A stretch of DNA of 64,000 bases from Raillietiella orientalis (lineage: Eukaryota). The notes under the pieces were generated by a model, which saw only the letters and a program-made list of their open reading frames with translations, was not told the DNA's origin and made no database searches. Made by a program: the position numbers and the translations under genes. The stretch is from positions 62,001-126,000 of the forward strand of contig JAYWIR010000106.1 of NCBI GenBank assembly GCA_036172245.1. Reading direction: 5' to 3'. Positions 13,781 to 26,189 of the stretch are shown here, piece by piece (position 1 is the first letter of the stretch; each line of letters starts with the position of its first letter).

Positions 13781-15067
13781 ATTAGCACTTGCACGAAGCG
13801 CGAAAATTCTAGCCGGAGCTCTGCTCTTCCTAAAGAAGGTAATGGCAGTAGTTCACCGATGACGTGAGAAGTCTTCTGCCAGATCACAGGCAGGAGAAAG
13901 AGAATGAGTGATTGGACCACAGAGCAGATGACCGACTCAGCGACTCCATTCGTCTTTCCACGTAGAGTGCAACGTTGTGATGAGCTGCTCGGTATTCTCA
14001 ACGAAGTTCTGAAGTGATCCTCGGTATTTGCGGCAGCTTTCCCTTGGAGTCGGCGCTCTTGCTGCCAGGTAGACCCTAGCTAGGGTCTACCCGGTAATCT
14101 CCACCGCCATCACTGAACCGGGCAGCGTGAGCCCGGGTTTGAGATGTAGTGATGGGCGAGTCCATCCTTTTTTTTAAATCTCTAAAAACCCAAGAGCCAT
14201 TTGCCTTTTGGGGAGGCTCATAAAGCTCTTTGACACTGTTTAACGCTAGCCGAAGTTGAGTATGACCTCCAGGTTTGTGGAGTTCACCTCGCAGGGTCCA
14301 TTCCATAAATTCAAAAGCTTGTTCCTTTCACACCTGGGAGGAACCCCCGCCCTTGTTGTCTGAGAAGGAACACTTGGAGGGAACCTATTTCTTCTTCTCT
14401 CCCATGGGACCATCGTTTCAGCGTCAAAGAGAATTCTAAAAGGATATATTCTTCGAATTTTCTACTCTGGAGAGAACCTTTCCTTGCTCCTTGCTCCCTC
14501 TTCTGAAGAGAATTCCGAAGGAATTCTTTTCCTTTTCTCTCAGGAGAGTTTTTAGGAGGAAGTAGAGCTCTTCTCACACTTTGAAGGGCCAACTCTCGAG
14601 GAGAGTATCAACCGGCTCCTTGCTACACGATGAAAGGTCTTCTTCTAAGAGAAACTCTGAAGGCTCTGAATGTGCTTCCTGATTCTTAGAAGGATCCGGA
14701 AAGTCGACTTTCGATCCCGGCGAGCCTAAGGGAGTGCTTCTACTAGTGCCGCCGCACCTGAATCCCGTAGGCCAACCAGCGTCAACCTCTGGGAGAGGGC
14801 GTAAAGCCCACGACGCATCCCGTGTTCTCGTCGTCGTTCCTTCCACGGACGGGATTTAAACCCGCGACGTCAGGATACCACGCGCTTACCGCAGCTGCGC
14901 GGCTGCATTCTTCGCGCCCGTCAAAAAAAGCCCTTTCCGGATGTTGGCGGGAACGCCGCGTAACGAGAAGCCTAGGAGCGTGCAATCTGTATTTTCCGCG
15001 AAGCGCGCACGCGTGCAGTCGATTTGCAGTTTCTTTCCCATTTATGTGGTCGACACAGGAAAAGTCG

Positions 15068-16346
15068 CTATTTCTGTTTCGCGAAACCAACCCTTTTTTT
15101 CCCGTAGTCGAAGGAGGCGCAGAACTTCGAGAGGAATCTGTCTCCAAGGTGCCACACATTGGCTTCGTCTGGTAACATCGAGATTTCCACGGTACATTTG
15201 TTGTCTTCCTTCAATGCGAGCACCCACTTGGGATGGCGGGGACATGGGACACCTCAACTCACCTTTCTAATGTAATCTTTCTCTTCGAGCCTGTAGATGG
15301 TATTGTCCACAGTGAACCACAATGGTGGGAACACAGGCTGACATTTCACCTTGAGAAAACCTCGCGTGGCAGCTTCAGAAAGCTATACGGCTTACCACTG
15401 TGGCAGTATATAGCTGCTGTGCCGGAGGTACTCCCAGATCCTCTAGAATCAAGGAAACCTGATTCTTGGGACCAGCTAGCCGAGATCCAACGACCACCTT
15501 CCCGACGCAATCTTTGTCACACAGCGTGCGCTGGAAGAATTGCACTCTGGTGAAGGTGAGAGCGGAACCTGCGAAATTTCGGGCTCACTTCTTCATTCCA
15601 ATCTTCCAATGGGAGTCTGATGAATTGATCAAATCGTGATAAACAAATCGTCCATGATAGAGATCGAAATCGCTGCCGCCAAAGTATAGCCATCCTTCAG
15701 AGGAAGGGTTCCTACGGAATGGCATGTTCTTACTCTCTTCTTTCGACTAACAAAGCAGGCAATCATAAAGAGCACTTTCGTTTTCAATTTTCCAGCCCCC
15801 TTTTTTAGGAGGCAGCATGTATCCTCAGTATTAGAACAGGATCGAGAAGCAGTGCCGACGGCAATTTAGTGTTCCCACTTGTCCCTACAGTACCTGGGCA
15901 GGCAGACAGAAAACGTGGGCTCTAAATTTCCTGATGTGAATATGTGTTGAAGCAACGAATATTTGCCCGGGATGGGAAAGCCCAGTCCAATCATGCCGTC
16001 CACGGGAACCTGAGCAGGGGGCCGTATGGAATTGACCATCCCAAATTCTACATTCCGGATGTAGATATTTTCGATCTGAAAGAACAAAAAATGTCGGCGT
16101 TCGCCTCACTCTCAGGAATATCTTCTCTTCCGGCCGTACCAACTTCTATAGCCACAGGGCTATAGAAGTCATCCGCTCGAGGCACACGAGAGCGCGAAAG
16201 AATGGTGCGGGTGCCGACTATGTCCAGTTTCTCTTCGAAGTGTCTAGGAGACACTACAGCGAGTTTACGTAAAGTAGAAAAGGCGGGACAAAAGCCACCC
16301 GGAAGACAGTCGAGAATAGCCGGTTTTCCTCGAGCTCTGAGAGTTT
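15068..16346 (-). pseudogene. 5'-truncated duplicate of the aspartic protease homologue
   Basis: Mirror of 37643-38921; the arm breakpoint removes the ATG and signal peptide. Confidence 0.88.
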
Positions 16347-16353
16347 GGATTGG

Positions 16354-16711
16354 AGTCTGCATTGGAGAGATGACAAATGAGGGCGTCTTGCTCAAGCGGT
16401 TGGCCCAGATCCTGGGCAGCAACTTGGCATCCGTGTTCAAGATGGAGATGGGTCACCATTGGGTGACCTTGGTCAGATCTCCATTTGGCAGCCTCATCCT
16501 GCTCTCGTGGAACGACTCGGGGATCCTTTGTTCTTCGTGAATGCGAAGCAGCAGCTCGTGAAGCAACCGCAGGTGGACGTATCGCTGATAGTGCGAGATG
16601 GGCACTCAATCAGAGCCTGCAGCCACTTCCTTGCGGAGTCCTCCAAACGCCTGCTTCAACTCTTCCATCGAGATTTCCTCTTCTAGTCTTTCCTGCTGTT
16701 GTCTGGTAAGT
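16354..16711 (-). mobile_element. 358-bp RT fragment of the same LINE family as 2116-2473, at the duplication breakpoint
   Basis: Direct repeat of 2116-2473 (offset 14238) with about 6 substitutions. Confidence 0.93.
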
Positions 16712-17149
16712 GGCGACCAGGCCAGTGTGCCTGCCTTGATCCCGAATCACATCCTCCAACGGAAGATAGGAGGAAAGATGCACGCAACGAAGTTCGATGA
16801 GCGGAACTTTATTATGCTCTGCCAGAACGATAATGATTCCTGCCGCCAGACGTGAAAGAACGTTGAACGGATGGAAATCATCTTGATTACAACTTTTAAT
16901 TAATCTTTATTAAGAAAATTAATTACTCTTAAATAATCGAATCAACGATTTACAAACATCAAAAAAATAAGTTCCTCGCGGATTATCATTTCCTTAGCAA
17001 ACTCCCCTAATAATCCTCATTATCACCAATTCATATAAGTCTTCCTCATAACTTTTTAACATCCACTATTTATATTAGAGTACCTAATTCTATTTTACAA
17101 AAAACAGCTTATTAAAAACCAAGAATGGGATTCCAATAGGGAGGAAAGC

Positions 17150-19600
17150 AGCCTCAGCGGGATGCTGAATCTCTCCCTGGAGCTCTCAGGGCACGGCAGC
17201 AGCAAAAGTAGTCCTTTGCTGTCGGTAAAGGTAGGCAGTAGCAGGCGCTCTGGAGCACACTATGGACTCGACCCAAGTTAGGCAAAAAGTGCCAACATGC
17301 TGAATTGCACCTGCAGTCCGATCCTCTCCAACGCCAAGATGGCAAAACCGGCATCCGGACGCGGATCCGCCAAATCCTTGAGGCGTATCCTCGACCTCGC
17401 GGGTCCCCACAAAGCGTTCCTCAACAGGCGTCCTGCCTGGAGCTTGGCCGAGCACGGGAACGGGAAAACACGCAAGTGAGGGCTGAAGAGGGGGCTACGA
17501 AGGTGTTCCAAACGGAGACCTGCTCCTGCAGGTCGAACCTGCCAGCTTGGAGCAGGCTCTGAGGAAGGCGGACAAAGCTAAGGCTAAGGGTGGAACGTAC
17601 GGTAGGCCGACCACGCCTCTACTGGCTCCCTCAATGGAGCACCAAAAACCTGGCCGTAAGGATCCCCAGGCGGATCGAGTGGGACTGCCCATCTCAAGCC
17701 GCACCTACTGCAACGACCACACTCTTACTCCTATTTTCGCTCACACCCCGCTCCTCGACGGATCAGCTCGAAGAAACCCTCGAGACTGGACGCAGGGGTG
17801 GACATGGGTGAAAGGAGAAGCAGGACATCGGCAGGAGTCGCCACGGACGGCGTATTTCGATAAGAACTCGGAAGGCTCCGTATTTCCAATAGCAGAAGAT
17901 ATTCAGGTGCCGACCACGCTCTAAGTTCAATTTTAATGCACGAACCCTCTTTGAATGTTCCTCCCTCAACAGCTATGTATTCAAAGACAATTGAAACGTC
18001 TGTAAAATTCCACTTTACAAACATGTTGGAAAACTAACCCTTATATATGATACAAATATAACAAGAATGCCGCAATTCACAAACCCCAGCACAAACGAGA
18101 AGAGGATGCTGAAGAGCAGAGGGCTTAAGCTATACCCCTGCCTGATGCCCCGCAGCACCAGCACACCGTACACGTGGCAGCCGCTGAAACAGATGGAAGT
18201 GAGCGCGTGGAGCCAGAATACCCGCAAATAGGCCACGAGGTACACAAGAAGACCGAGGCGTTCCAGGAGCTCTAGGAGTTCCTGGTTGACGCAGTCGAAA
18301 GCCCCGTGGGAATTCACCACAATCGCCAAAGCGCCCGGCGTTTCCTCTGACCGAATGCACCTACGCCTGGCCGGGGCAGTCATCATTGAGGCTGCCTGGC
18401 TTTGGTGCGCGACGCGTCGCTGCAGCTCGAGCCACTTGCGGGAGAAGAACAGGTTCGGCTCCATTGGCCGTCCGGTAACAGCGTAGGACTGCTCCGGACT
18501 TACCACTCATCCCGTGTTCCACCTCAAGCGCGCGAGCCAGAGCTTGGAGAACAACTTGATGTCCGAATTCACTAGGGAGATCGGACGCCAGCTGCTTACT
18601 TGGCGCAAATCTCCGCCTTTCGGCAGGTGGTGCACCCTTGCTGAGCACAACGAAGCTGGGCATTTCCCGTCTCTCGCATCAGCAAAGAAAGGCTCAGCAC
18701 TGGGGGGATGAGTTCCTCCGGAAGAACTCCGTAGGCAATCCATCCTCGCTTGACGCTTTCCAGCTCTTGATCCCCGCTATGGCGGAAGAGAGTTCTTCCG
18801 CCGTGAAGGGCAAATCCAGATTTGCTTGCTCCTCCTCGACAACAGCAGGGGCATCGGTGGCAGCTCATAGAGACTCCGCTCCATCGGCGCCATCGCATAC
18901 AACGAGGAGTAATAGCGCTTAAGGAGACGACGCACGACGGCAACGTGTTGGGATAGCGGCACCCTTCCCATGAAATGGCAGGGGACGGCGTTGCTCTTTT
19001 TGCATGGGGGACGCCTAAGCAGAGCAGAGGTCTTGTCTTACAGGTCAATGGGGAGTGTGGATGCCTGTTGCATAGATTGCGGCGGAAGGGAAAACTTCCC
19101 GCATCCTCTAATAGAATGCGTTGCCCTGGCTGGACCTTGGGATCGACTTTCGTCTGTCCTCCATCTTCCAATATGCGACCCTAGGGACGCCTCTTTCTGC
19201 GTAATGGCCTACGCCCCGCTGCGTCTTTAGCAGTCCTCGGGTATGTTCGCCGCATTCTGGCGAGGTGAAACGCTAGAAGAAGAGTCCAGAGGACGTTATC
19301 CACTGGACGACGGTGTTCCTGGAGACCGCGACAAGGTAGCGCCACCGACGAAATACCAAAACAGAACTTGTCAGCATCCTGGATAGGATGCAGAGGACTG
19401 ATCCAGGCGTATAGTAATCCATTCCCTGCCCTTCTCTCCCCCCCCCCAAACTATTCTCCTCCCCGTTATCCTTTTTGTTTCGTTTTGTTTGGGTTTTCCC
19501 TTCCCCTGTGCCTTAGCAGAGGACCTCGGCGGTCTAAGCACCGGGTCAAGACAAGTCTTCAAGCGTGGTAGAACCAAATGTTCCAGCACGATAAAAACTT
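17150..19600. mobile_element. LINE with inverted 5' segment: RT on - (about 17150-18900), zinc finger and 3'UTR on + (about 18930-19600)
   Basis: Minus: KGGDLRQVSSWRPISLVNSDIKLFSK, AFDCV, GIRQGYSLSPLLF, LWG..LADPRPDAGFAI. Plus: CIDCGGRENFPHPLIEC. AT-rich insert at about 17925-18070. Confidence 0.75.
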
Positions 19601-20034
19601 TCTACCGGCTTTGTTCCGAAGTTTTGCAGAAAATTTCAATAATAAATGCCCTGAGATATCGAGGTGACAAACGTCGGCCGCGTCCGAGTATTCCCAATCC
19701 TGGTCGCCGAGCAGACAAGCCACTCCAGACTGCCAGACCGGCGCAACGCAAGATACCGGACATCCGGGCATCGGGAGAAAGTGCGTGCCTTTAGAAACGC
19801 TCTGCTGTTGGACACGCCTTCCCCGAAGTCACAAAGAGCCCGCGTCGGAGGCTTCGTGGTCAAGTCTTCCGCGCGTGGCACCATCCGTGGTAGGTTCGAA
19901 TAGTCCGGCTGAAACTGACTCCACTGCGTCGTTGGGTTCCGAGTTTCTCCTGTAATGGCGCTGGTTGGCCGAGACATTTGGGCGTGGCACCGGCGGTCGT
20001 TTAAGCCGGAGGCCACCGATGAAGGCCGGAACAA

Positions 20035-20595
20035 TGGGAGTCGACCTTCGGGTCCTTCCAGGAATCAAAGAGTGGGGAGTTCCCACTCCGTTCGTGCAAC
20101 GGAGAGCAACCCCTACGGTTTCCAGATGGAGGAAGAGCCTTCATAGCCTCTTCTCCAGTTGTTTAAAGGAGTTGACCCCCCTTCTGTTGCCGGGGGCACC
20201 CTGCAAGTCGCCGTCTTTCCAGAAGAGTACAAGTAAGCAAGCGAGAGTGATCCCCCTGCTGGAAGCTGCAGTGCCCCTTCTGAATTTCGGAAGGGTCCCT
20301 TCGGGATTCCCTTCAGAGGAGTGAACAGGAACGGTTCCCTTGCGAGTCTTCTCCGGAGAAGAAATTTCTACTAGCGGATCCTTTCCCGGTTCCCTTCGGG
20401 AAAGATGAAATGAAGAGGACTACCCGTTACCCGGATGGGTCCCTCGGGAGATAATGAGCAAGGAGTTGATTCCCTTCGGGTGTTCCCCTTCGGAGCGAAC
20501 CAAGCTGGAAAATGCTTCCTCTCACGCTTGGAATTCCTCCTCAAGAGTTAGAGCAACGGAATCCGGTCCTTCCTAGATTCATAGAGTGGGCTTCC
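20035..20595 (+). other. About 550-nt rod-like unit with two tips
   Basis: Tips gacc-ttcg-ggtc (20043-20054) and tcttctccggagaaga (20347-20362); nested stems along the full length. Confidence 0.8.
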
Positions 20596-21154
20596 CTCCC
20601 GAGGTGCCCCCTATCTTGAAGAATAATACACACCTCCGCGTCAAAGAGCCACGTGCGCCGCGTGGCATGCGACCAGCTCTTGAGATACTTAGCGAACCAA
20701 AAAAAAAAAGCCTTCAAAAAACTGAAAAAAAAATGCTGGGAGCGAAAAAACAGCGACGACAGAGAAGAACCCAAGAGGATTTCTATCTTTCTCAGATAGA
20801 GAGGAAGAACGAAAACTTCGCCCATATACCACATCAAGCTGGAACCGCCATGCAGTATGGCAAATCTACAGGAGAGACGTGTTGGGTCGAAGAACTCGCC
20901 AAAGGGTTCCCTCAGGCACAGAAGGCAATTTGGCAAAGATCTCAAAGCACCGATGTCCGGTGCATCAAGTGAAGCAGAAGAGAATTGGAAAGCAGGAAGC
21001 GAAAATGAATTGCACGCCGAAAGCAAGAAAACCTGAAGCATCCAGGTGCAGAGGATAACCTCGATGTCCAAGGTCCTAAGGCGGCGAAAAGATTTCTAAA
21101 ATGTCTGCTGTCCACCGTGCTCAAGCCACAGGCTACGGAGGCAAAGGAGGGATT

Positions 21155-21770
21155 GAAAGTCGCCTTCTGCGATGCATCTGAAAAGAAGTCCCGAAAGTGC
21201 GGCTTTCCTGCCCTCCCACGTCAGTTCATAAAGGAATCGTTCAATTTCACCGCCGCCTTCCCCGCTGAGGCACGCATAAGCTTCTCGCTCTCCTGACCAG
21301 CCTTCGAGTGCAAGTTCTACTGTGTGCATTCCGCATTTCTGGTGGTGGGGGTGCCTCGCGCGATTTCTCAGTATGGTCAGTAGGAATTTGCAGCAGAGAG
21401 GTCAGCGCAGCAGCAGCAGAGTGATGGGGAATTAAGTCCGCGTTTGGTTGGTGCACCCCCAATTCGAACTATTTTGAACTCTTCCCTAAGAGCGAATATC
21501 AACGGATTCTTGTCTCAAATGAAATCACTTTCTGATGTCTCTCTTCCGCAGCACAGCTGCCTCAACAGCCCGTTCTGCTACGTCTCTGCCCAGAGGATTG
21601 CAGCAATCCCAGTCGATGAATATTCTTCAGTTCTGCACCGAAACTGACATCAGGAGAATGTGCTACCAAGCAATCTTTTAGCTTCAGAGGGATGTGTCAC
21701 GAATTCTCCTTTTGATCGTAAAAGTCAAGACTCGAAATCTGCTTGAGATACTTTCGAGATTACGGCTTTT
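21155..21770 (+). other. About 615-nt rod-like fold-back unit
   Basis: tctcctga/tcaggaga (21289/21650), gtgca/tgcac (21324/21634), aaagtcg/cggcttt (21156/21763), tip 21479-21492. Confidence 0.65.
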
Positions 21771-21958
21771 AAAGTTGGTAAATTATCTTTACGCTGAGAA
21801 CCGTTTCGACTGATAAACACAAGTCTTTTACAACGGCAAACGATACGGATAGGCAAATACTGCAGTCCAATTCAAGAAAGAAGGGTTTCCGAGTAAGGGC
21901 TTCCTCCCGAAGATGCAGTGCTCCGCAGTCTCCCCTCTCGCCTTCTATCTATCGACAG

Positions 21959-23925
<1,967 letters not shown>

Positions 23926-24779
23926 TTTTGGAAATGAACGCAGTGTTGCTGTGCTGAAGAGGATTCTGGGTTGGTGCGCTGATGACACGGGAGAAAGGGA
24001 GTGCCTGAAGGAGTTCGCTGAAACGGTAAAGGCGGATGACGCGGATTTCTCGCAACTTCGGCTCCATTCTTTACATCCCGGGATAGCGAGAGGGCAATGG
24101 CGTTGCTGGAAAGCGTCGCTGCTTAGCGTGCAGTCTTTTTTACTTCGCTTTCCTTCGATGCGACGCAGAATCCGTATCCACGGAAGGCGAAAGGATCACT
24201 CCACATCAGTTTCAGTTCCAAGAAACAACTCGCTGAATTCTTTTTAGCAGGAGGACGATCGAATCTTCGTGTCATATGCGCATCAAGTGAAAAGAGCGAG
24301 GTGTCCACTGCACTGTTAGGATATTGCATCAGAGAGAGAAGGGGAGTTGCATTCGTGGTGATGGACGGAATGTATCATTCGTGCTGGAGAAAACTAAAGA
24401 AGCATTCTTTCATTCCGAGAACCCCCTTCCTAGTAGGTAGCGTGCTTGCTGCTAATGGACATTGCATACGCCAAACAACTGTCTTTGTGCTTGCCATATA
24501 GCAACCCATATCGAGCGAATCGAGTTTGGGACCAGCAGCCTGCCACGGTAGGGCAAGAGGAAACGCAACACTGAAGACACTAAAAGCACTTCGAAGAATT
24601 TGGATTCCAATCAACAGACAGAAGAATGCCATTTTTTCGTGAGCAATTATTCTCTCAAAATCACGCCAAGTTCTTGAACAATCCGAAGATCTGCCCCTTT
24701 AGCGACGCTCCCACTGAAACGACCACGCACCTCGTCATGTTGACGTAAGCGACTGTCCTGAAAGGGGCAGTTCGAAGAA

Positions 24780-25745
24780 GTCCTCGAGCCAGGCTAGAGC
24801 AAATCGCACAGATCTTCCGCATTGGAAGCCACTAGAGACGTACACAAGAAGGAGACCTGCCACCTACCGAGCCCGGAGAAGGTCCCTGAGGGATGTCCGC
24901 AAGACAGAAACCGTGCTGCGAGATCGCAGGAAGGAAGAACAAATTGGAATGGTAGAGGCAGCGTCCGATGGCTGACTTTTGCAACTCATCCGCCCTACCC
25001 AAGAAACATATCCACCCGGAGAATTTCCTTCGAATCTCCTTGAAGGACGTACAGATCTTTGAAGTAAATTTTGGACGTGTTCATGCACTGTCGGAAATGC
25101 GAAGTTCGACGTTGCGACGGAGGCATTGGGTCATCCCACGTGCAGCGCGCCAACCGAATCACCTGACCGGTGCAGGAGAAGCCCCGGAGTGTGCCTGGGG
25201 TGGTGCAAGGAAAGCCTACCCGCACCTGCTGTTCCAGTGCTCTCCCAGCTGCTCAGAGCTCGGGGAACGTCTGCATGAACCTTGGGACTCGCCGACTCGA
25301 AGGGTCTGCTGGGACGCTGTCCGCTATCCGCGAAATATCGCCCGTTGCGTTTTTCGGAGCTCTGTACAGCTTACGCTAAAGGCGATGGGGCTCGGACTAG
25401 CGGAGATCCCTGTTCCGTCGGTGATCTGTTCTTCTAGGATGACTAAGAGATAGCCGCGCATCCCTCGACAGGAGGAGGAACTTGCTGGCACCCTGCAAAG
25501 GATGTAGGGACGCCGAGGATGTGTCTTCGATCTCTTCCCTCGCTCCAGCAACATCTTGGACTCTTCGGCGCTGGACACTCTGTTATTTATTTGTTGATTT
25601 CCCCCTCCTTCACTTCTTTCCCTGTAAACTTCTTTCGGCAAACTGCCGTCGAGCAGAGAATTCCTGCATTGCTTCATCTCGATCGTTTTCTCGAAGAGAT
25701 TCGTTTCAGAATGAACGTGCGCGCGCGTGACCACCTGAGAACGCG
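24780..25745 (+). mobile_element. LINE 3' remnant
   Basis: ECAWGGARKAYPHLLFQC zinc-finger remnant, ELAGTL terminus, T-rich UTR. Confidence 0.55.
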
Positions 25746-26189
25746 CTCGTTTTGTTCCACACCCGAGAAGTTCCGCTTATTCGGGTGCGCGCCTTCCGTT
25801 TCCAGGGATGCGCCAGCCGCCACCCTTGCCTCCGGAGGCCTGCCTAACCGTGCGAACCACGTTGGTCGTTGCGTTCTTTACATTTTTTCCCTTCTGGAGG
25901 ACGTGGCATGAGGGTGACTCCTGAGAAAAGGTCGGCTTGGCACCTGACTTGCACATGTGCCCCCGCCTGTTAATTGCAGCTCGTGCAACTGATTCCTCCG
26001 CACAAGGAAGAGTCTTAGGATTCATTGCTTTGCGCCATCGAGGGACGATTTCGGCGGTACCATCACGACAGTCTTCGCTTCTTTGTGGTCACGCGAGAAG
26101 TCGGTTGTTTGGATCTGCGTTGCTCCGGAAAACTCTACGGTTGCACACTTTTTGTGGATGCTGCCCGTCTTTTGCAGTTCGCTTTCTTC

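Larger units (their letters stand above)
1..16346 (+). repeat. Left arm of giant inverted duplication (continues past window start)
   Basis: Every ORF here has a mirrored near-identical partner in 37643-53961 (coordinate sums 53962/53963/53990/53989). Base 1 maps to 53961; homology stops at ...ctctgagagttt (16346) versus aaactctcagag... (37643). Confidence 0.98.

Noticed and set aside
14502..14530. CTGAAGA plus perfect stem as a hammerhead ribozyme
   Set aside because: The required GAAA after stem II is absent.
19829..20035. PIVPAFIGGLRL as a narnavirus RdRp motif
   Set aside because: Equally matches the LINE post-RT P...GGLGL motif, and there is no GDD context.
24375..24632. Minus-strand ORF with a signal-peptide-like start
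   Set aside because: No convincing downstream exons, and it overlaps a plus-strand fold-back unit.
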